Below, piece after piece: positions 48,779-59,647 of a stretch of DNA of 64,000 nt. Source of the DNA: Spirochaetota bacterium (GTDB taxonomy: Bacteria; Spirochaetota; UBA4802; UBA5368); NCBI GenBank assembly GCA_004297825.1, contig SCSX01000084.1, forward strand, positions 42,862-106,861. The letters are read 5' to 3'. The position numbers were made by a program, and so were the translations under genes. The notes below the pieces were generated by a model. The model was not told the DNA's origin. It saw nothing but the letters and a program-made list of their open reading frames with translations, and ran no database searches. Numbering within the stretch: the stretch's first letter is position 1; each line of letters starts with the position of its first letter.

Positions 48779-50245
48779 TTATTTCTCCGGTTCCTCTTCG
48801 GGGGAGGAATCTTCGTCGGCGAGCGGTGCGAAGAATAATGCGGGCCGGCGCGAATGCGGCGGAAGAAGATCGATCTTCCGGGGCTGTGCCGATATCGTGA
48901 ACAGCCGGTCTCCAGCGAATTCTATGGCCTGTGCGCTTTCAATAAGTGAATCCTCTGAAAACACGATCGGCATGGACGATGTGCCGGAGGTTGCGGTTTC
49001 AGGGTAATAATTCCGATACGCGGCGACAAAACGGTAGCTTGCCGGGATATTGTCAGATACATTGAAATCTTCCCCTGTTCCGGCTGCGCCGACACCAAGA
49101 TAAATGAAACCAGCAACTGCGCTACCTGAAGAAAATACACCCGCATTCTGTTTAATAGCGCCCGCTCCGCTTAACAGCCCACTTGCGCCGGAGGGCAGGC
49201 TTTGATTGATTCCACTCAATCTTCCATTGTATGAATAGAGTGTCCCTGCAACCCCGCTATTCGTCGCATACCACCGGAGTACCAGCCTGTTGAATCGTTC
49301 CTGATTGGTGGTCCCCCATGATGAACCCCCGAGCGTAGCGTCCTGGCCCATTGCGGTTTCAATTGCCCGGTAATCGACGTATTGATTATTGTATATCGCC
49401 TTGTAAATGTCATCGCCGCCGGCTGATTGCGCGTTCAGGAATTGAAAGAAGAGATAAGATTTGTCGTAGTTAGGAAGCGAATTGTCATAATCCCAATAAA
49501 AGAGGGGATGCCTGTTGATCGGGTGCGCCACGGTATCATAAGCGTTGTATTCGCCGATCCTGTCCGTCAAGGGCCCATAGCACAAATGGTTCGCCGCCTC
49601 CGCGAGTCCCTCGTCGATCCATGTGTCCATGAGGTCGGTTTTGTTGGCGTATGCATTCGCGAAGTTCACCATGTGCTGAAATTCATGCGCGATCGTGCCC
49701 TTCGCCTCGGTTTCAATGTCCTGCGGGTCGCAGTCGATGTACATGATCTCGCCCTGGTTCGAATGCATGGCGGGGTAGGCCTGCTGGACCGATTTATTGC
49801 TGTACTCGTCAATGCTGAAAAAATATCCGCCGATATACGAGCTGCTCAACATATAATAGTTCTCATCCCGGATATTATAAATCAGGAGCTTCATCTTGCC
49901 GTTGTGGTCGACGTCCATGGGTTCCGCGAAATAGGTCGTGACCTTGTCGTAGATATTATTCTCAAACTCATCCGCGAGCGCCTGAGCTTCGCTCATGCTT
50001 ACACCGTTGACGCCGATCATTTCCTCGGTAACGTTCGTATCGACGAGCACAATCGCATGTGCGGTCTCCGCGTATTTTTCCGTAGTTATCGTGTACCAGG
50101 CGTTCGGATCGGTGTCGTAAGACATGGTCGTATCGAACACCCAGTAGACATTGTCGTCACCCTTGGAGGATTCCGGCTGGCAGGAAGCGAACAGCAGGGT
50201 TGCGGCAGAGAGCACTATGATCATTCGATGGGCGAATCGGCGCAT
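48779..50245 (-). CDS. Lipoprotein zinc metallopeptidase (M30/hyicolysin-like gluzincin)
   Basis: Lipobox FASC; GGYF...D, TIAHEFQHM, WIDEGLAE. Confidence 0.75.
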   Translation of the reverse strand: MRRFAHRMIIVLSAATLLFASCQPESSKGDDNVYWVFDTTMSYDTDPNAWYTITTEKYAETAHAIVLVDTNVTEEMIGVNGVSMSEAQALADEFENNIYDKVTTYFAEPMDVDHNGKMKLLIYNIRDENYYMLSSSYIGGYFFSIDEYSNKSVQQAYPAMHSNQGEIMYIDCDPQDIETEAKGTIAHEFQHMVNFANAYANKTDLMDTWIDEGLAEAANHLCYGPLTDRIGEYNAYDTVAHPINRHPLFYWDYDNSLPNYDKSYLFFQFLNAQSAGGDDIYKAIYNNQYVDYRAIETAMGQDATLGGSSWGTTNQERFNRLVLRWYATNSGVAGTLYSYNGRLSGINQSLPSGASGLLSGAGAIKQNAGVFSSGSAVAGFIYLGVGAAGTGEDFNVSDNIPASYRFVAAYRNYYPETATSGTSSMPIVFSEDSLIESAQAIEFAGDRLFTISAQPRKIDLLPPHSRRPALFFAPLADEDSSPEEEPEK

Positions 50246-50355
50246 AAATCTTTTCCTCTTTACTTGGCCATAAACCACGCGGGGCAGCCATACAGCCGCC
50301 CTGAGCGTATATAACAGTATACAGTGAAAACTGGCAAAGAGGTAATTATTTCCCT

Positions 50356-51324
50356 CTACCGCATAATCGCATTCGGATCAACCGCGGTCCCGCCCTTGCG
50401 GATCTCGAAGTGCAGGTGCGGGCCTGTCGAATAGCCCGTCGTGTCGACCATGCCGATCTGCTCGCCCTTGGCGACCTTCTGCCCCGGTTTCACGATGTAC
50501 TTCTGGAGGTGGCCGTACAGCGATGTCACGTCCTTGTCATGCTGGATTATGATCATGTTGCCGTAGCCATACTGGTTGAACTCCGCCTGCAGCACCTCGC
50601 CCGCGGCGGTCGCGGTGACCTTGGTGCCGTTCGGGGCCGCGATATCGATCCCCGAGTGGAAGCTGTCGGCCTTTTTCGAAATGGGGTCCACGCGGTAGCC
50701 AAACGCGCTCGACTGGAATCCTGTGGTGGGCACCGCGTAATCGCCGGCGGTCACCTTGGTCCCGGCGGCGGGCTTGCCCGTCTCCTTGGGTTTTTCCGCG
50801 GGCTTCTCCTTGGATAGAAAGGCCCCGAACACCCACCCCTCGTCCTCGTTATCGTTGGCCCGGCGTACCATGTACCACGGCGCCGTCGCCCCGTCGATCG
50901 TCTCGGTATCGGTGGACTGGACGATCACCTCCACCTGCTCGGCGAAATCGAACATGCCGATTATCTTGCCGCTGGTGCTTCCGTCGGTGCGGAAGCGCAC
51001 CTTCTCGTCGTTGACGAACGCGAACACGCGCGGGGGCACGACCTGGTTGGAGTGCACGTCCTCGGTCTTGGATATGTCGGTCACGTCGTCGATGTTTATC
51101 GGCGCATCGACCTTGACCTTGGTCTTCTTGAGCCTTCCGTTTATCTGTTTGATGTATTCGCGCATCTTGCGGAGGATCGCCTCCTTGCGCTCGATGTCCG
51201 ATGCATACTGCTGCTTCACCATGGATTTCCCGGCCTTTTTCTGCTGCTCATACGCGTCGTCGGAGAGGCCGGGGAGCGTGGCGCAGAACAGTATGGTGAC
51301 GGCGGCCAGTATTATCCTCTTCAT
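50356..51324 (-). CDS. SH3b + M23 peptidoglycan endopeptidase
   Basis: GWVFGAFL; HSGID, YGHL, STGPHLHFE. Confidence 0.9.
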   Translation of the reverse strand: MKRIILAAVTILFCATLPGLSDDAYEQQKKAGKSMVKQQYASDIERKEAILRKMREYIKQINGRLKKTKVKVDAPINIDDVTDISKTEDVHSNQVVPPRVFAFVNDEKVRFRTDGSTSGKIIGMFDFAEQVEVIVQSTDTETIDGATAPWYMVRRANDNEDEGWVFGAFLSKEKPAEKPKETGKPAAGTKVTAGDYAVPTTGFQSSAFGYRVDPISKKADSFHSGIDIAAPNGTKVTATAAGEVLQAEFNQYGYGNMIIIQHDKDVTSLYGHLQKYIVKPGQKVAKGEQIGMVDTTGYSTGPHLHFEIRKGGTAVDPNAIMR

Positions 51325-51490
51325 GGTGTTCCTCCTGGATGCGTAAATTATTTGACGCCCGCGTGGAAGGGCGTACTATGCTGTAGTTCGAGCCGGGTAT
51401 CGGGCTATCTGTTTTCTCCGGACTTCATGAAGCCGAAATGTATCGCAGGCGAAAAACATTGTCAACCTTTTCCGACAGGCGGGTAATCCC

Positions 51491-53893
51491 TTGAAAACGC
51501 GCGTGGTACTCCTCCTGGAGCAGGGGATCGGCTGCGCCGGCGATATCCAGGCGATCCTTGCGGCATGGTCCGATATCGCGGTCATCCGGGTCGGGAGCGT
51601 CGAGGAGGCAACGACGGCGGCGCGGGGGACCGATATCGGCCTCCTGGTGGCGCCCGCTTCCCTGCCGGACGGGATGACCGGTTGCCGGCTCGCGTCTCAT
51701 CTCGGGGGAGGGCAACCGCTTCCCGCCATTCTCATCGCCGGTGAGGCGGATGATGACGCCCGCGGCGGCGCCGATGCGCCCTGCGAAACGATTCCGGGCT
51801 GCCCGCTCGACGAGGACAGGTTCCGCCGGGCGCTCGATTCCGCCCTCGCGCACGATACCCCCCGCCGCGCGCCGGATCACGATCCGGAGATGCTGATCAA
51901 AACCGCCGAATCGAGCCCGTTCCCCGTCATCGTACTGGACCGGGAAGGCCTTGTCGTCCACGCCAATTATCTCGCCCGGCGCCTGCTCGAGCTTCCGCAT
52001 GACGGGCCAAAGGCGCGCCTTCATGAATCCCCCGGCTGGAAATTCATGGATTTCAACGGCAACCCGTTGGGCGACGAGATGCTGCCCTTCCTTGTCGCGG
52101 CGCGGGGCGTCCCGGTCTACGGCGCGCGGGTCGCGGTGGGAACCCCCGGGGGACGGCGACTCTTCCTGTCCGTGAATTGCCTGCCGTCGGATACCGCGGA
52201 GTGCGGCGCGGGGCGCGTGATGATGTCCCTGAACGATATCACCGAGTGGGTGCGCATCGACACCGTGATCAAACACCAGAACCAGCGGCTCGCGATGCAG
52301 AACCTGGAGCTGCAGACGGCCATGTACGAGCTCGACCGCAGGGAAAAGATGCTTGCGCTTTCGGAGGAGAAATTCGCGAAGGCTTTCAAGCTCAACCCCG
52401 TGATTATGACGATCACGAGGCTTTCGGACGGGCTGGTCGTGGAGGTGAACGACGCGTTTTGCGCACAGCTCGGATATTCGCGCGAGGGGGTCATCGGTAA
52501 GGACGCCCATGAGCTTGGGTTTCATGCGCTCACCCCCGGGCGTGAGTGGCTGGTCGATACGCTGAAAAACGGCGGAAGCGTTATCGAACAGGAGCTCCAT
52601 GTACGGGCGGCTGCCGGTGAGACGCACACGGGTATGTATTCGGCGTCGCTCATGGACATAGGGGGCGAGCCTCATATCGTGTCCATGTTCAGGGACATCA
52701 CCGCGCAGAAGGAGGCGGAGGCGAAGCTGGAGCGCGAGATGGCGATTCTCGAGGCGCTCACCCTGCTCTCCGGAACCCTCATCGCCCGCTCCTATACCAT
52801 TCCCGACGTCGCCGCCATGGTGCTCAGGAACGCGCGCTGGCTCACGCTCAGCGAGCACGGTTTCGTGTCCCAGACCGATCCCACGGGCGGAAAGTGTATC
52901 GGTCACGCGCTCGTCACCGGGATAGAGGGCGGATGCGGCGTCGCGGAGGGGGCAAGGGCGTTCGAGTTCTGCCCCGGGCCCGACGGGACCTATGCGGGAC
53001 TGTGGGGACACGCGCTGAACACGGGAAAGGCGTTTTTTACGAACGATCCGGCCGGGCATCCCGCGCGCGGCGCCTGTCCCCCGGGGCACGTGCCTGTCGG
53101 GAATTTCATGGGCGTACCGGTGATGCTGGGCGACGAGATCCTTGGGGAAATCGCGCTCGCGAACTCGACACGCGGATACACCACGGACGATCTCGAGGCG
53201 GTCAAACGGCTCGCGCAGCTTTACGCGTTCGCCATTCACCGGCTGCGCGCGGAAGAGCGCGTCACGAGCTCATTGCGCGAGAAGGAGGTGCTCCTCAAGG
53301 AGGTTCACCACAGGGTGAAAAACAATCTCCAGATCATCCACAGCCTCTTCAGCCTGCAGGCGCGCACGAACAGGAACGCGGAAGTGACCGACGTGCTCCG
53401 TTCCTCGCAGAACCGCATCCGGACCATGTCGCTCATCCACGAGAAGCTGTATAAGTCGGGGGACTTCGCCCGCATCGACCTGTCGGATTACGTGAGGACC
53501 TTCGCCGGGGAGCTCCACGCCGCCCATTCGGGAATCGGCGCGCGCGTTTCGCTTAAAATCGACGCACTGCCCGTGAGCGTGGAGCTCGCCATCGCGATTC
53601 CCTGCGGGTTGATAATGAACGAGCTCATTTCGAACGCCTTCAAGCACGCGTTCCCCGAGGACTGGCCGGGTCAGGCCGAGATTCGCGTAGATCTGAAGAT
53701 GAACTCCGATGATATGATCGAGCTCACCGTCGCCGATAACGGGTGCGGCATGGCGCCGGGCATCGAATTCATGTCAACGGATACACTTGGGCTCAAGCTC
53801 GTGAGCATACTTGGCGAGGAGCAGCTCAAGGGAACGCTCGTTCTGGTCAGGGACAGCGGAACCGCGGTGACCCTTCGTTTCAAGGCGGACTGA
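51491..53893 (+). CDS. Cytoplasmic sensor histidine kinase (pseudo-REC, PAS, PAS, GAF, HisKA_2, HATPase)
   Basis: [30 protein letters not shown]. Confidence 0.88.
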   Translation: MKTRVVLLLEQGIGCAGDIQAILAAWSDIAVIRVGSVEEATTAARGTDIGLLVAPASLPDGMTGCRLASHLGGGQPLPAILIAGEADDDARGGADAPCETIPGCPLDEDRFRRALDSALAHDTPRRAPDHDPEMLIKTAESSPFPVIVLDREGLVVHANYLARRLLELPHDGPKARLHESPGWKFMDFNGNPLGDEMLPFLVAARGVPVYGARVAVGTPGGRRLFLSVNCLPSDTAECGAGRVMMSLNDITEWVRIDTVIKHQNQRLAMQNLELQTAMYELDRREKMLALSEEKFAKAFKLNPVIMTITRLSDGLVVEVNDAFCAQLGYSREGVIGKDAHELGFHALTPGREWLVDTLKNGGSVIEQELHVRAAAGETHTGMYSASLMDIGGEPHIVSMFRDITAQKEAEAKLEREMAILEALTLLSGTLIARSYTIPDVAAMVLRNARWLTLSEHGFVSQTDPTGGKCIGHALVTGIEGGCGVAEGARAFEFCPGPDGTYAGLWGHALNTGKAFFTNDPAGHPARGACPPGHVPVGNFMGVPVMLGDEILGEIALANSTRGYTTDDLEAVKRLAQLYAFAIHRLRAEERVTSSLREKEVLLKEVHHRVKNNLQIIHSLFSLQARTNRNAEVTDVLRSSQNRIRTMSLIHEKLYKSGDFARIDLSDYVRTFAGELHAAHSGIGARVSLKIDALPVSVELAIAIPCGLIMNELISNAFKHAFPEDWPGQAEIRVDLKMNSDDMIELTVADNGCGMAPGIEFMSTDTLGLKLVSILGEEQLKGTLVLVRDSGTAVTLRFKAD

Positions 53894-53901
53894 CGCGAAG
53901 G

Positions 53902-54426
53902 CTAATCCTTCCCGGAACATTCCTTCCTGCGATCGAGGTATTCGGTGAGCGATACCTGCTTCAGGTAGCATTCGTCCCGCACGTAGCGCAGTATGGGGAT
54001 GAACATTTTGGGCTGTACGTACCCGGGGACCAGGGTTATGAGCTCGCCCTTCTTGTCCATGAACGCGACGGTCGGCAGTCCCTGTACCCCCATCATGGAC
54101 GCGAACGCGGAGGGCGCAAAATTCCTGTTTTTCGCCTTGATCCTGTCGGTCGATTCGACGTCCACGCGCACCGGTATAAAATTCCCGGCAATCATCGCCG
54201 CCGTCTCGTCGTCCCCGAAGGTCTCCCTGTCCATGACCGTGCACCAGTGGCACCACGAGGCGTAGAAGTCGATTATCATCGGCTTCCCTTCAGTGCGCGC
54301 CCTATCGGCCCCCTCGTTATACGACATCCATTTGACCTTCGAGTCCGTGCCCGCGTCCTTCCCGCAGCTCCCGGCGCCGGCTGTCACGAAGAGCAGCGCG
54401 GCCAGCGCAATCAATGTTCTTTTCAT
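53902..54426 (-). CDS. Exported thioredoxin-fold lipoprotein (SoxW/DUF255-like)
   Basis: Lipobox-like GSC; WCHWC; cis-Pro motif GLPT. Confidence 0.82.
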   Translation of the reverse strand: MKRTLIALAALLFVTAGAGSCGKDAGTDSKVKWMSYNEGADRARTEGKPMIIDFYASWCHWCTVMDRETFGDDETAAMIAGNFIPVRVDVESTDRIKAKNRNFAPSAFASMMGVQGLPTVAFMDKKGELITLVPGYVQPKMFIPILRYVRDECYLKQVSLTEYLDRRKECSGKD

Positions 54427-54675
54427 CGGGTGATCCCCCGTGTTGAATGGAAAATATTTCAGTTGTTAAGAAAATAATGAAAATAAGCCCCGGAAGTCAA
54501 CAGCGATATTCCCCGGGCGGGCATAAATTACGGGAATGATCTTTTTCTCCCTAAAATCATATTGACGAATCGCGCTGCCTGTGCAGACTGAGAACTACCA
54601 GCGGCAAAAACGCCCCCCGCCTCGCCGGCGACCGGGCGCACGCGCATATTTTACCCTACACGGAGACAGGTCCCT

Positions 54676-55788
54676 ATGGAGCATGATACGGCGTGGGTCA
54701 GTTTCGACGTCATGGAGCGATTCATGGCCGACGCATTAGTCGCGGCGGGCGTACCGCCGGAAGACGCTGCCGTATGCGCCGAGGTGCTCATCACCGCGGA
54801 CGCGCTGGGGATCGATTCCCACGGAGTAAACCGCCTTAAGCCCATTTACATCGACAGGATCAGGGCGGGCATCCTCAATCCGCGGACCACGTTCGAGATC
54901 GTCAGGGAAGGGCCCACGACCGCCGTCGTGGACGGCCACGACGGGATGGGGCACGTGATCGCGAAGCGTGCCATGCGCATGGCCATGGACAAGGCGCGCG
55001 AGTTCGGTATGGGCATGGTTGCGGTAAGGAATTCGTCGCACTACGGCATCGCCGGCTACTACGCGCTCATGGCGGTCAAGGAGGACATGATCGGGATCAC
55101 CGGTACGAACGCGCGTCCCTCCATCGCCCCGACCTTCGGCGTGGAGAACATGCTGGGCACGAACCCGCTCACCTTCGGCATACCGTCGGACGAGGACTTC
55201 CCCTTCCTGCTGGACTGCGCCACCTCCGTGAGCCAGCGCGGGAAGATAGAGGTATACGGCCGGCAGGGGAAGGACGTGCCCCCCGGCTGGGTCATAGACG
55301 AGAAGGGCGAGACCCGGACCGATACGCACGGCATCCTGGACGACCTCACGAAGGGCGCGGCGGCGCTGGCACCGTTAGGCGGTATTGGAGAGGAGGGCGG
55401 CGGCTACAAGGGCTACGGGTACGCGACCGTGGTGGAGATACTTTCCGCTGCCTTGCAGGGCGGGCCGTTTTTGAAGATGCTCACCGGGCTCCGCGAGGGG
55501 AAAAAGACCCCGTACAGCCTGGGCCATTTCTTCATCGCGATAAACGTATCGTCCTTCATCGAGCCCGCCGAGTTCAAGAAAACCACGGGCGACATACTCA
55601 GGGGGCTTCGCTCCTCGAGAAAAATGCCGGGCCAGGAGTGCATCTATACGGCAGGCGAGAAGGAGCACCAGGCCTGGCTCGAGCGCAAGGGCAGGGGCGT
55701 TCCCCTGGGCGAGGAGCTCCGGCGCGAGATCACCGGTCTGCGGAACGAGATGGGACTCACCGGCTACCGCTTTCCGTTCGAACAATAG
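54676..55788 (+). CDS. Ldh_2 family (malate/L-lactate/sulfolactate-type) oxidoreductase
   Basis: DSHG, NSSHYG, GTNP, D.ATS, GYKGYG. Confidence 0.9.
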   Translation: MEHDTAWVSFDVMERFMADALVAAGVPPEDAAVCAEVLITADALGIDSHGVNRLKPIYIDRIRAGILNPRTTFEIVREGPTTAVVDGHDGMGHVIAKRAMRMAMDKAREFGMGMVAVRNSSHYGIAGYYALMAVKEDMIGITGTNARPSIAPTFGVENMLGTNPLTFGIPSDEDFPFLLDCATSVSQRGKIEVYGRQGKDVPPGWVIDEKGETRTDTHGILDDLTKGAAALAPLGGIGEEGGGYKGYGYATVVEILSAALQGGPFLKMLTGLREGKKTPYSLGHFFIAINVSSFIEPAEFKKTTGDILRGLRSSRKMPGQECIYTAGEKEHQAWLERKGRGVPLGEELRREITGLRNEMGLTGYRFPFEQ

Positions 55789-55814
55789 AAGGGCGTGGGC
55801 GAGGTAAGTATTTA

Positions 55815-56111
55815 ATGCGTGACCATGATCATTCCCACCTGCGCGAGGGGGAGCGCTGCGAAGAGTGCGACGCGAGGGAATTCCCCGGCGAGATAACCTT
55901 CAAGGCCGTATATAAGAACCTTCCCTACGTACTGGACGTCATCAGGAATATTTTCAGCGAAAACGGGCTCATGCCGCAGATAGAGACAAAGCTCAGCCGC
56001 ACCAGCAAGTACATATCCTTTACCTTCTCCGCGCGCTTCGAGAGCGAGGCGCAGCTCAACAAGGTGTGTTCCGCTATCTCCAGGGTGGAAGGATTCACCA
56101 CGATGTTCTAG
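55815..56111 (+). CDS. DUF493/YbeD family protein
   Basis: EFP....FK, S...KY.S.T ACT-like pattern. Confidence 0.7.
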   Translation: MRDHDHSHLREGERCEECDAREFPGEITFKAVYKNLPYVLDVIRNIFSENGLMPQIETKLSRTSKYISFTFSARFESEAQLNKVCSAISRVEGFTTMF

Positions 56112-56114
56112 CGC

Positions 56115-57341
56115 TCACGTCGCGCGACCCAGCGCTATCCCCGCGAGCGCGCCCGTGCTCCATGCGAACTGGAGATTGTAGCCCCCGCTGTCGCCGTCTA
56201 TGTCGAGAAGCTCCCCCGTGATGTAAAGCCCCTTCACCCGCCTGGATTCCATCGTCGCGGGATTGATCTCGTCCACGTCCACGCCCCCCGCGGCGACCAC
56301 TGCCTCGGCGAAGGGGCGCGGGGTGCCCGGCGCGACGCGCACATCCTGGAGCGCGCGTACGATCCGCGCGCGCGCTCCGGGGGAGAGCGAATCGGCGCGG
56401 GCCTGCCCGTCCAGTCCCGCGAGGGAGAGGAAGATCTCGGGCATGCGCTCTTTCAGTATGCCGAGAAGGCCGAAGGCGAGGGTGCGCTCCCCGTCCGCCA
56501 GCACCGTGTCCAGCAGCTCCGCAAGACCCGCGTCGTCAGTCGCGGGGAAGAGATCGATCGCGACCTCGGGCGTTTCGCCCGCGAGGACTCGTTCGTTCAC
56601 GGCGCGGGACACATCGAGCGAGGCCGGTCCCGAGATCCCGTATTTCGTAAAGAGGAGCTCCCCATTGGATTCCGCGATCGTTTTCCCGCGCGCGCGCACG
56701 CTCACCCCGCAGTCCCACTTGATCCCCTCGAGCCGGTGCAGCGCCTTGAGCGGTATCGAGATCGGAAGGATGGCGGGAAAGGGCTCGTACACCCGGTGCC
56801 CCAGGGAGGAGGCGAGCTCGTAGCCCGCGGTGGACGCGCCCAACTGCGGGGCGGCGCAGCTTCCCGCGGCCAGGACGACTGCGTCGAACTCGAGCTCCTC
56901 GAGCCCGGAAGTCACGAGCAGGAATTTCCCGTTTCGCGGCTGGATCGAGTCGACCTTGCGGTGAAGATGTATATCGGCCCCCAATCTCCCGATTTCCCAG
57001 ATAAGCACGCGCTGCACGGAGGACGCCTGGAGGGACGCCGGGTAGAGTTTTCCGCGCTCCCCCTCCACGAAGGGAATGCCGATCGACCGGAAGAACTCCG
57101 TGGTTTCATCGAGCCCGAAGCGCGCGATGACATTGCCGGCGAACCGGGGATTGTGCCCGTGGTAGCGGTCCGCGTCAAGTTCGCGGTTGGCGATGTTGCA
57201 GCGCCCGTTGCCGGTCGCGAGGAGCTTTCGCCCCGCGGATTTCTGCCGCTCGAACACGGTCACGCGGCATCCGCCGCGCGCGCAGAAGTGCGCCGCGATG
57301 AGCCCCGATGCCCCTCCCCCGATTATCGCTACGCGTTTCAT
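56115..57341 (-). CDS. HI0933/YhiN/BaiN-family flavoprotein
   Basis: GGGASG, GRKLLATGNGRCN, GELLFT..G.SGP, GGV, GGYNLQFAWSTG. Confidence 0.9.
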   Translation of the reverse strand: MKRVAIIGGGASGLIAAHFCARGGCRVTVFERQKSAGRKLLATGNGRCNIANRELDADRYHGHNPRFAGNVIARFGLDETTEFFRSIGIPFVEGERGKLYPASLQASSVQRVLIWEIGRLGADIHLHRKVDSIQPRNGKFLLVTSGLEELEFDAVVLAAGSCAAPQLGASTAGYELASSLGHRVYEPFPAILPISIPLKALHRLEGIKWDCGVSVRARGKTIAESNGELLFTKYGISGPASLDVSRAVNERVLAGETPEVAIDLFPATDDAGLAELLDTVLADGERTLAFGLLGILKERMPEIFLSLAGLDGQARADSLSPGARARIVRALQDVRVAPGTPRPFAEAVVAAGGVDVDEINPATMESRRVKGLYITGELLDIDGDSGGYNLQFAWSTGALAGIALGRAT

Positions 57342-57557
57342 CGCTTTCTCCGCTCCTGGATTTTCCTGCCGGAATGGATTTTAAGGAAACGCGTGCCGCC
57401 GTCAAGAAGTAAGGAAAATGTTGATATTTTTAAAAAGGACCGCTACTGTGCCCTCGCGCAATCGTAAACCGGGCGGTCGAATACAAGGTGACGGATTTTG
57501 CTGTTTTGTCTATCCTGAAAATGACTGCGCGGTACGTTCCATTGCGAGGTTTATTTG

Positions 57558-58307
57558 ATGAAAAAAATTCTTGAAGCGTTGTACAGCCTGCTGTTTTTCT
57601 TCATCTTCGCTTTTTATACGGCGTTCTTCGGAATCATTTCACACGTGTCCATTCTGTTCAGCCCGCGGGGAAAGGTCGCGCACTGGTGCATGCGTATGTG
57701 GTCCCGGTGCACCCTGGCAACATGCAGGGTCACGGTGCGCGTGGAGGGGTTGGAAAATATCGCCCGCGACCGCGTCCAGATATTCGCGTCAAACCACGCG
57801 AGCCATTTCGACATATTCATCCTGAGTACGGTGATCCCGGTCAGGTTCGGCTGGGTCGCCAAGGCCATACTTTTTAAAATTCCGTTCATAGGCTGGCACA
57901 TGTGGCTGAACGGCTATATCTCCATCAATCGGACCAATCGGACGAAAGCGATCAAGAGCATGGACCTCGCGGCGGAAAAGGTAAAGAGGGGAAACCGGAT
58001 CACGATTTTTCCCGAGGGAACGCGCAGCCGCACCGGCGTGCTTCAGCCCTTCAAGAAGGGGCTTTTCCACCTATGCGTGCAGACCGGGGTTCCCATCGTG
58101 CCCATCTTCATCAGGAATTCGTACCACATACTCCCGCCCGGATCCATGATCCTGCATCCGTCCACGGTGTACGTGAAAATAGGCGAGAAGATGCCCACTG
58201 CCGGATACTCGGTGGAGAAAATAGAAATAATCATGAGCGATCTCCGGAAGCGCATCGAAACCCTGGAGAAAGAGGCGGCGGAAATGGAAAAGAGGTTCGG
58301 GGGCTGA
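57558..58307 (+). CDS. plsC: 1-acyl-sn-glycerol-3-phosphate acyltransferase
   Basis: NHASHFD, FPEGTRS, FKKG. Confidence 0.88.
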   Translation: MKKILEALYSLLFFFIFAFYTAFFGIISHVSILFSPRGKVAHWCMRMWSRCTLATCRVTVRVEGLENIARDRVQIFASNHASHFDIFILSTVIPVRFGWVAKAILFKIPFIGWHMWLNGYISINRTNRTKAIKSMDLAAEKVKRGNRITIFPEGTRSRTGVLQPFKKGLFHLCVQTGVPIVPIFIRNSYHILPPGSMILHPSTVYVKIGEKMPTAGYSVEKIEIIMSDLRKRIETLEKEAAEMEKRFGG

Positions 58308-58376
58308 TAATACCGTATGTGCAACGGCGCCGGCAATTGTTCGGCGGGGTCGTTTGTCCATACGGCCGAAAATCCA

Positions 58377-58409
58377 TAGTAGAGACGTCCCGGCGGGACG
58401 TCTCTACTA
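58377..58409. repeat. GTAG-type REP-like palindrome
   Basis: TAGTAGAGACGTCCC-GGC-GGGACGTCTCTACTA; shares GTAGAGACG/CGTCTCTAC arms with the element at 19508. Confidence 0.8.
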
Positions 58410-58447
58410 CAGGTTTTCGGTTGCATCCACAAACAACCCCGCACCAT

Positions 58448-59302
58448 TCAATCCAGGGCGTTAATGACCTTCGACACCGCCTGCGACTTGTTCAGCGCGT
58501 AGAAGTGGAAACCGGGCACTCCCCAGGACTTGAGCTCCCGGCACTGGATGATCGAGTACTCGATCCCCACCTCGCAGACGTCGACGATCGAACCGCACGT
58601 GACGAGCCTTTTCATGAGCTCGTTCGGGATTTTCGCGCCGCACATGCGCGTGACCTTCTCGATGTTCGCTTGGTTGGTGACGGGCATGATGCCGGGGATC
58701 ACCGGGACCGTGACGCCCATGCGGCGCACGCTGTTCATGAACTCGTAGAAATCGTCGTTGTTGTAGAAAAGCTGGGTGATGACGTAATCGGCCCCGGCGT
58801 CCACCTTGCGCTTGAGGTTCTCGAGATCGGCCTCCATGCTGGGGGCTTCCAGGTGCTTCTCGGGGTATCCCGCGACGCCAATGGTAAACCCGTTGATCGA
58901 GCGGATGAAGGTCACGAGCTCGTTTGCGTACGGGAACCCGTCCACCGGTGCGACGAAGTGCTCCTGTCCCTTCGGGGGATCGCCCCTGAGCGCGAGGATG
59001 TTCGATATGCCCTTCGCCTTGACATCGCCCAGGTAGCGTGCGATCTCGTCCCTGCCCGCGCCCACGCAGGTGAAGTGCACAAGGGGCGTGATGCCCAGTG
59101 TGTCGCGTATCTTGAGGGAAAGCTCCAGGGTGCGTGACTGGGTGGATCCCCCCGCCCCGTACGTCACCGATATGAACCCGGGCTTGAATACCGCGAGCTC
59201 GCCCAGGGCCTGCATGAGGTTGATCTCGCCCTGTTCCGTCTTGGGCGGAAACAGCTCGAATGAAATCACGAATCCTTCTTTATATAATTCGGGTATGCCC
59301 AT
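58448..59302 (-). CDS. metF: Methylenetetrahydrofolate reductase
   Basis: SFELFPPK, SVTYGAGG, HFTC, LALRGD, AGYPEKH, ITQLF. Confidence 0.95.
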   Translation of the reverse strand: MGIPELYKEGFVISFELFPPKTEQGEINLMQALGELAVFKPGFISVTYGAGGSTQSRTLELSLKIRDTLGITPLVHFTCVGAGRDEIARYLGDVKAKGISNILALRGDPPKGQEHFVAPVDGFPYANELVTFIRSINGFTIGVAGYPEKHLEAPSMEADLENLKRKVDAGADYVITQLFYNNDDFYEFMNSVRRMGVTVPVIPGIMPVTNQANIEKVTRMCGAKIPNELMKRLVTCGSIVDVCEVGIEYSIIQCRELKSWGVPGFHFYALNKSQAVSKVINALD

Positions 59303-59647
59303 GCCGCCGGGGTTCCTCCTTAAACTGGTTGCAATGGAGAACCCTAGACCTGGGCGTGCCGGCTTTCAACTGTTTTTTGATCGAGCGCGGGCAAAATAGG
59401 AGGGCCGTGGCGTATCCTGGGGCGGTTTTCCTGGTTGACGCACCCGGGAAATTGACGTATGCTTCGACGGATATGCACCATGGCTTCCCAATGCACGGCC
59501 GCGCAAGAAGGAATGCCGCCCGTGGATTCGGCAGCGACGCGATTAATCTTGACAGCGGGGGGTGTATGTGCCCCCAATGATTGAGCGCTCACTCAAATTT
59601 TCAATGCGCGTTCGGCAGGAGCGGGAGGAAGAATGGGGAGGAAAGTT

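Noticed and set aside
51425..53239. 604-aa antisense ORF
   Set aside because: Shadow of the histidine kinase gene.
59303..59400. SAM riboswitch upstream of metF
   Set aside because: A plausible promoter (TTGAAA-17bp-TAGGGT on the minus strand) lies close to the RBS and leaves no room. No SAM-I core sequence was seen.
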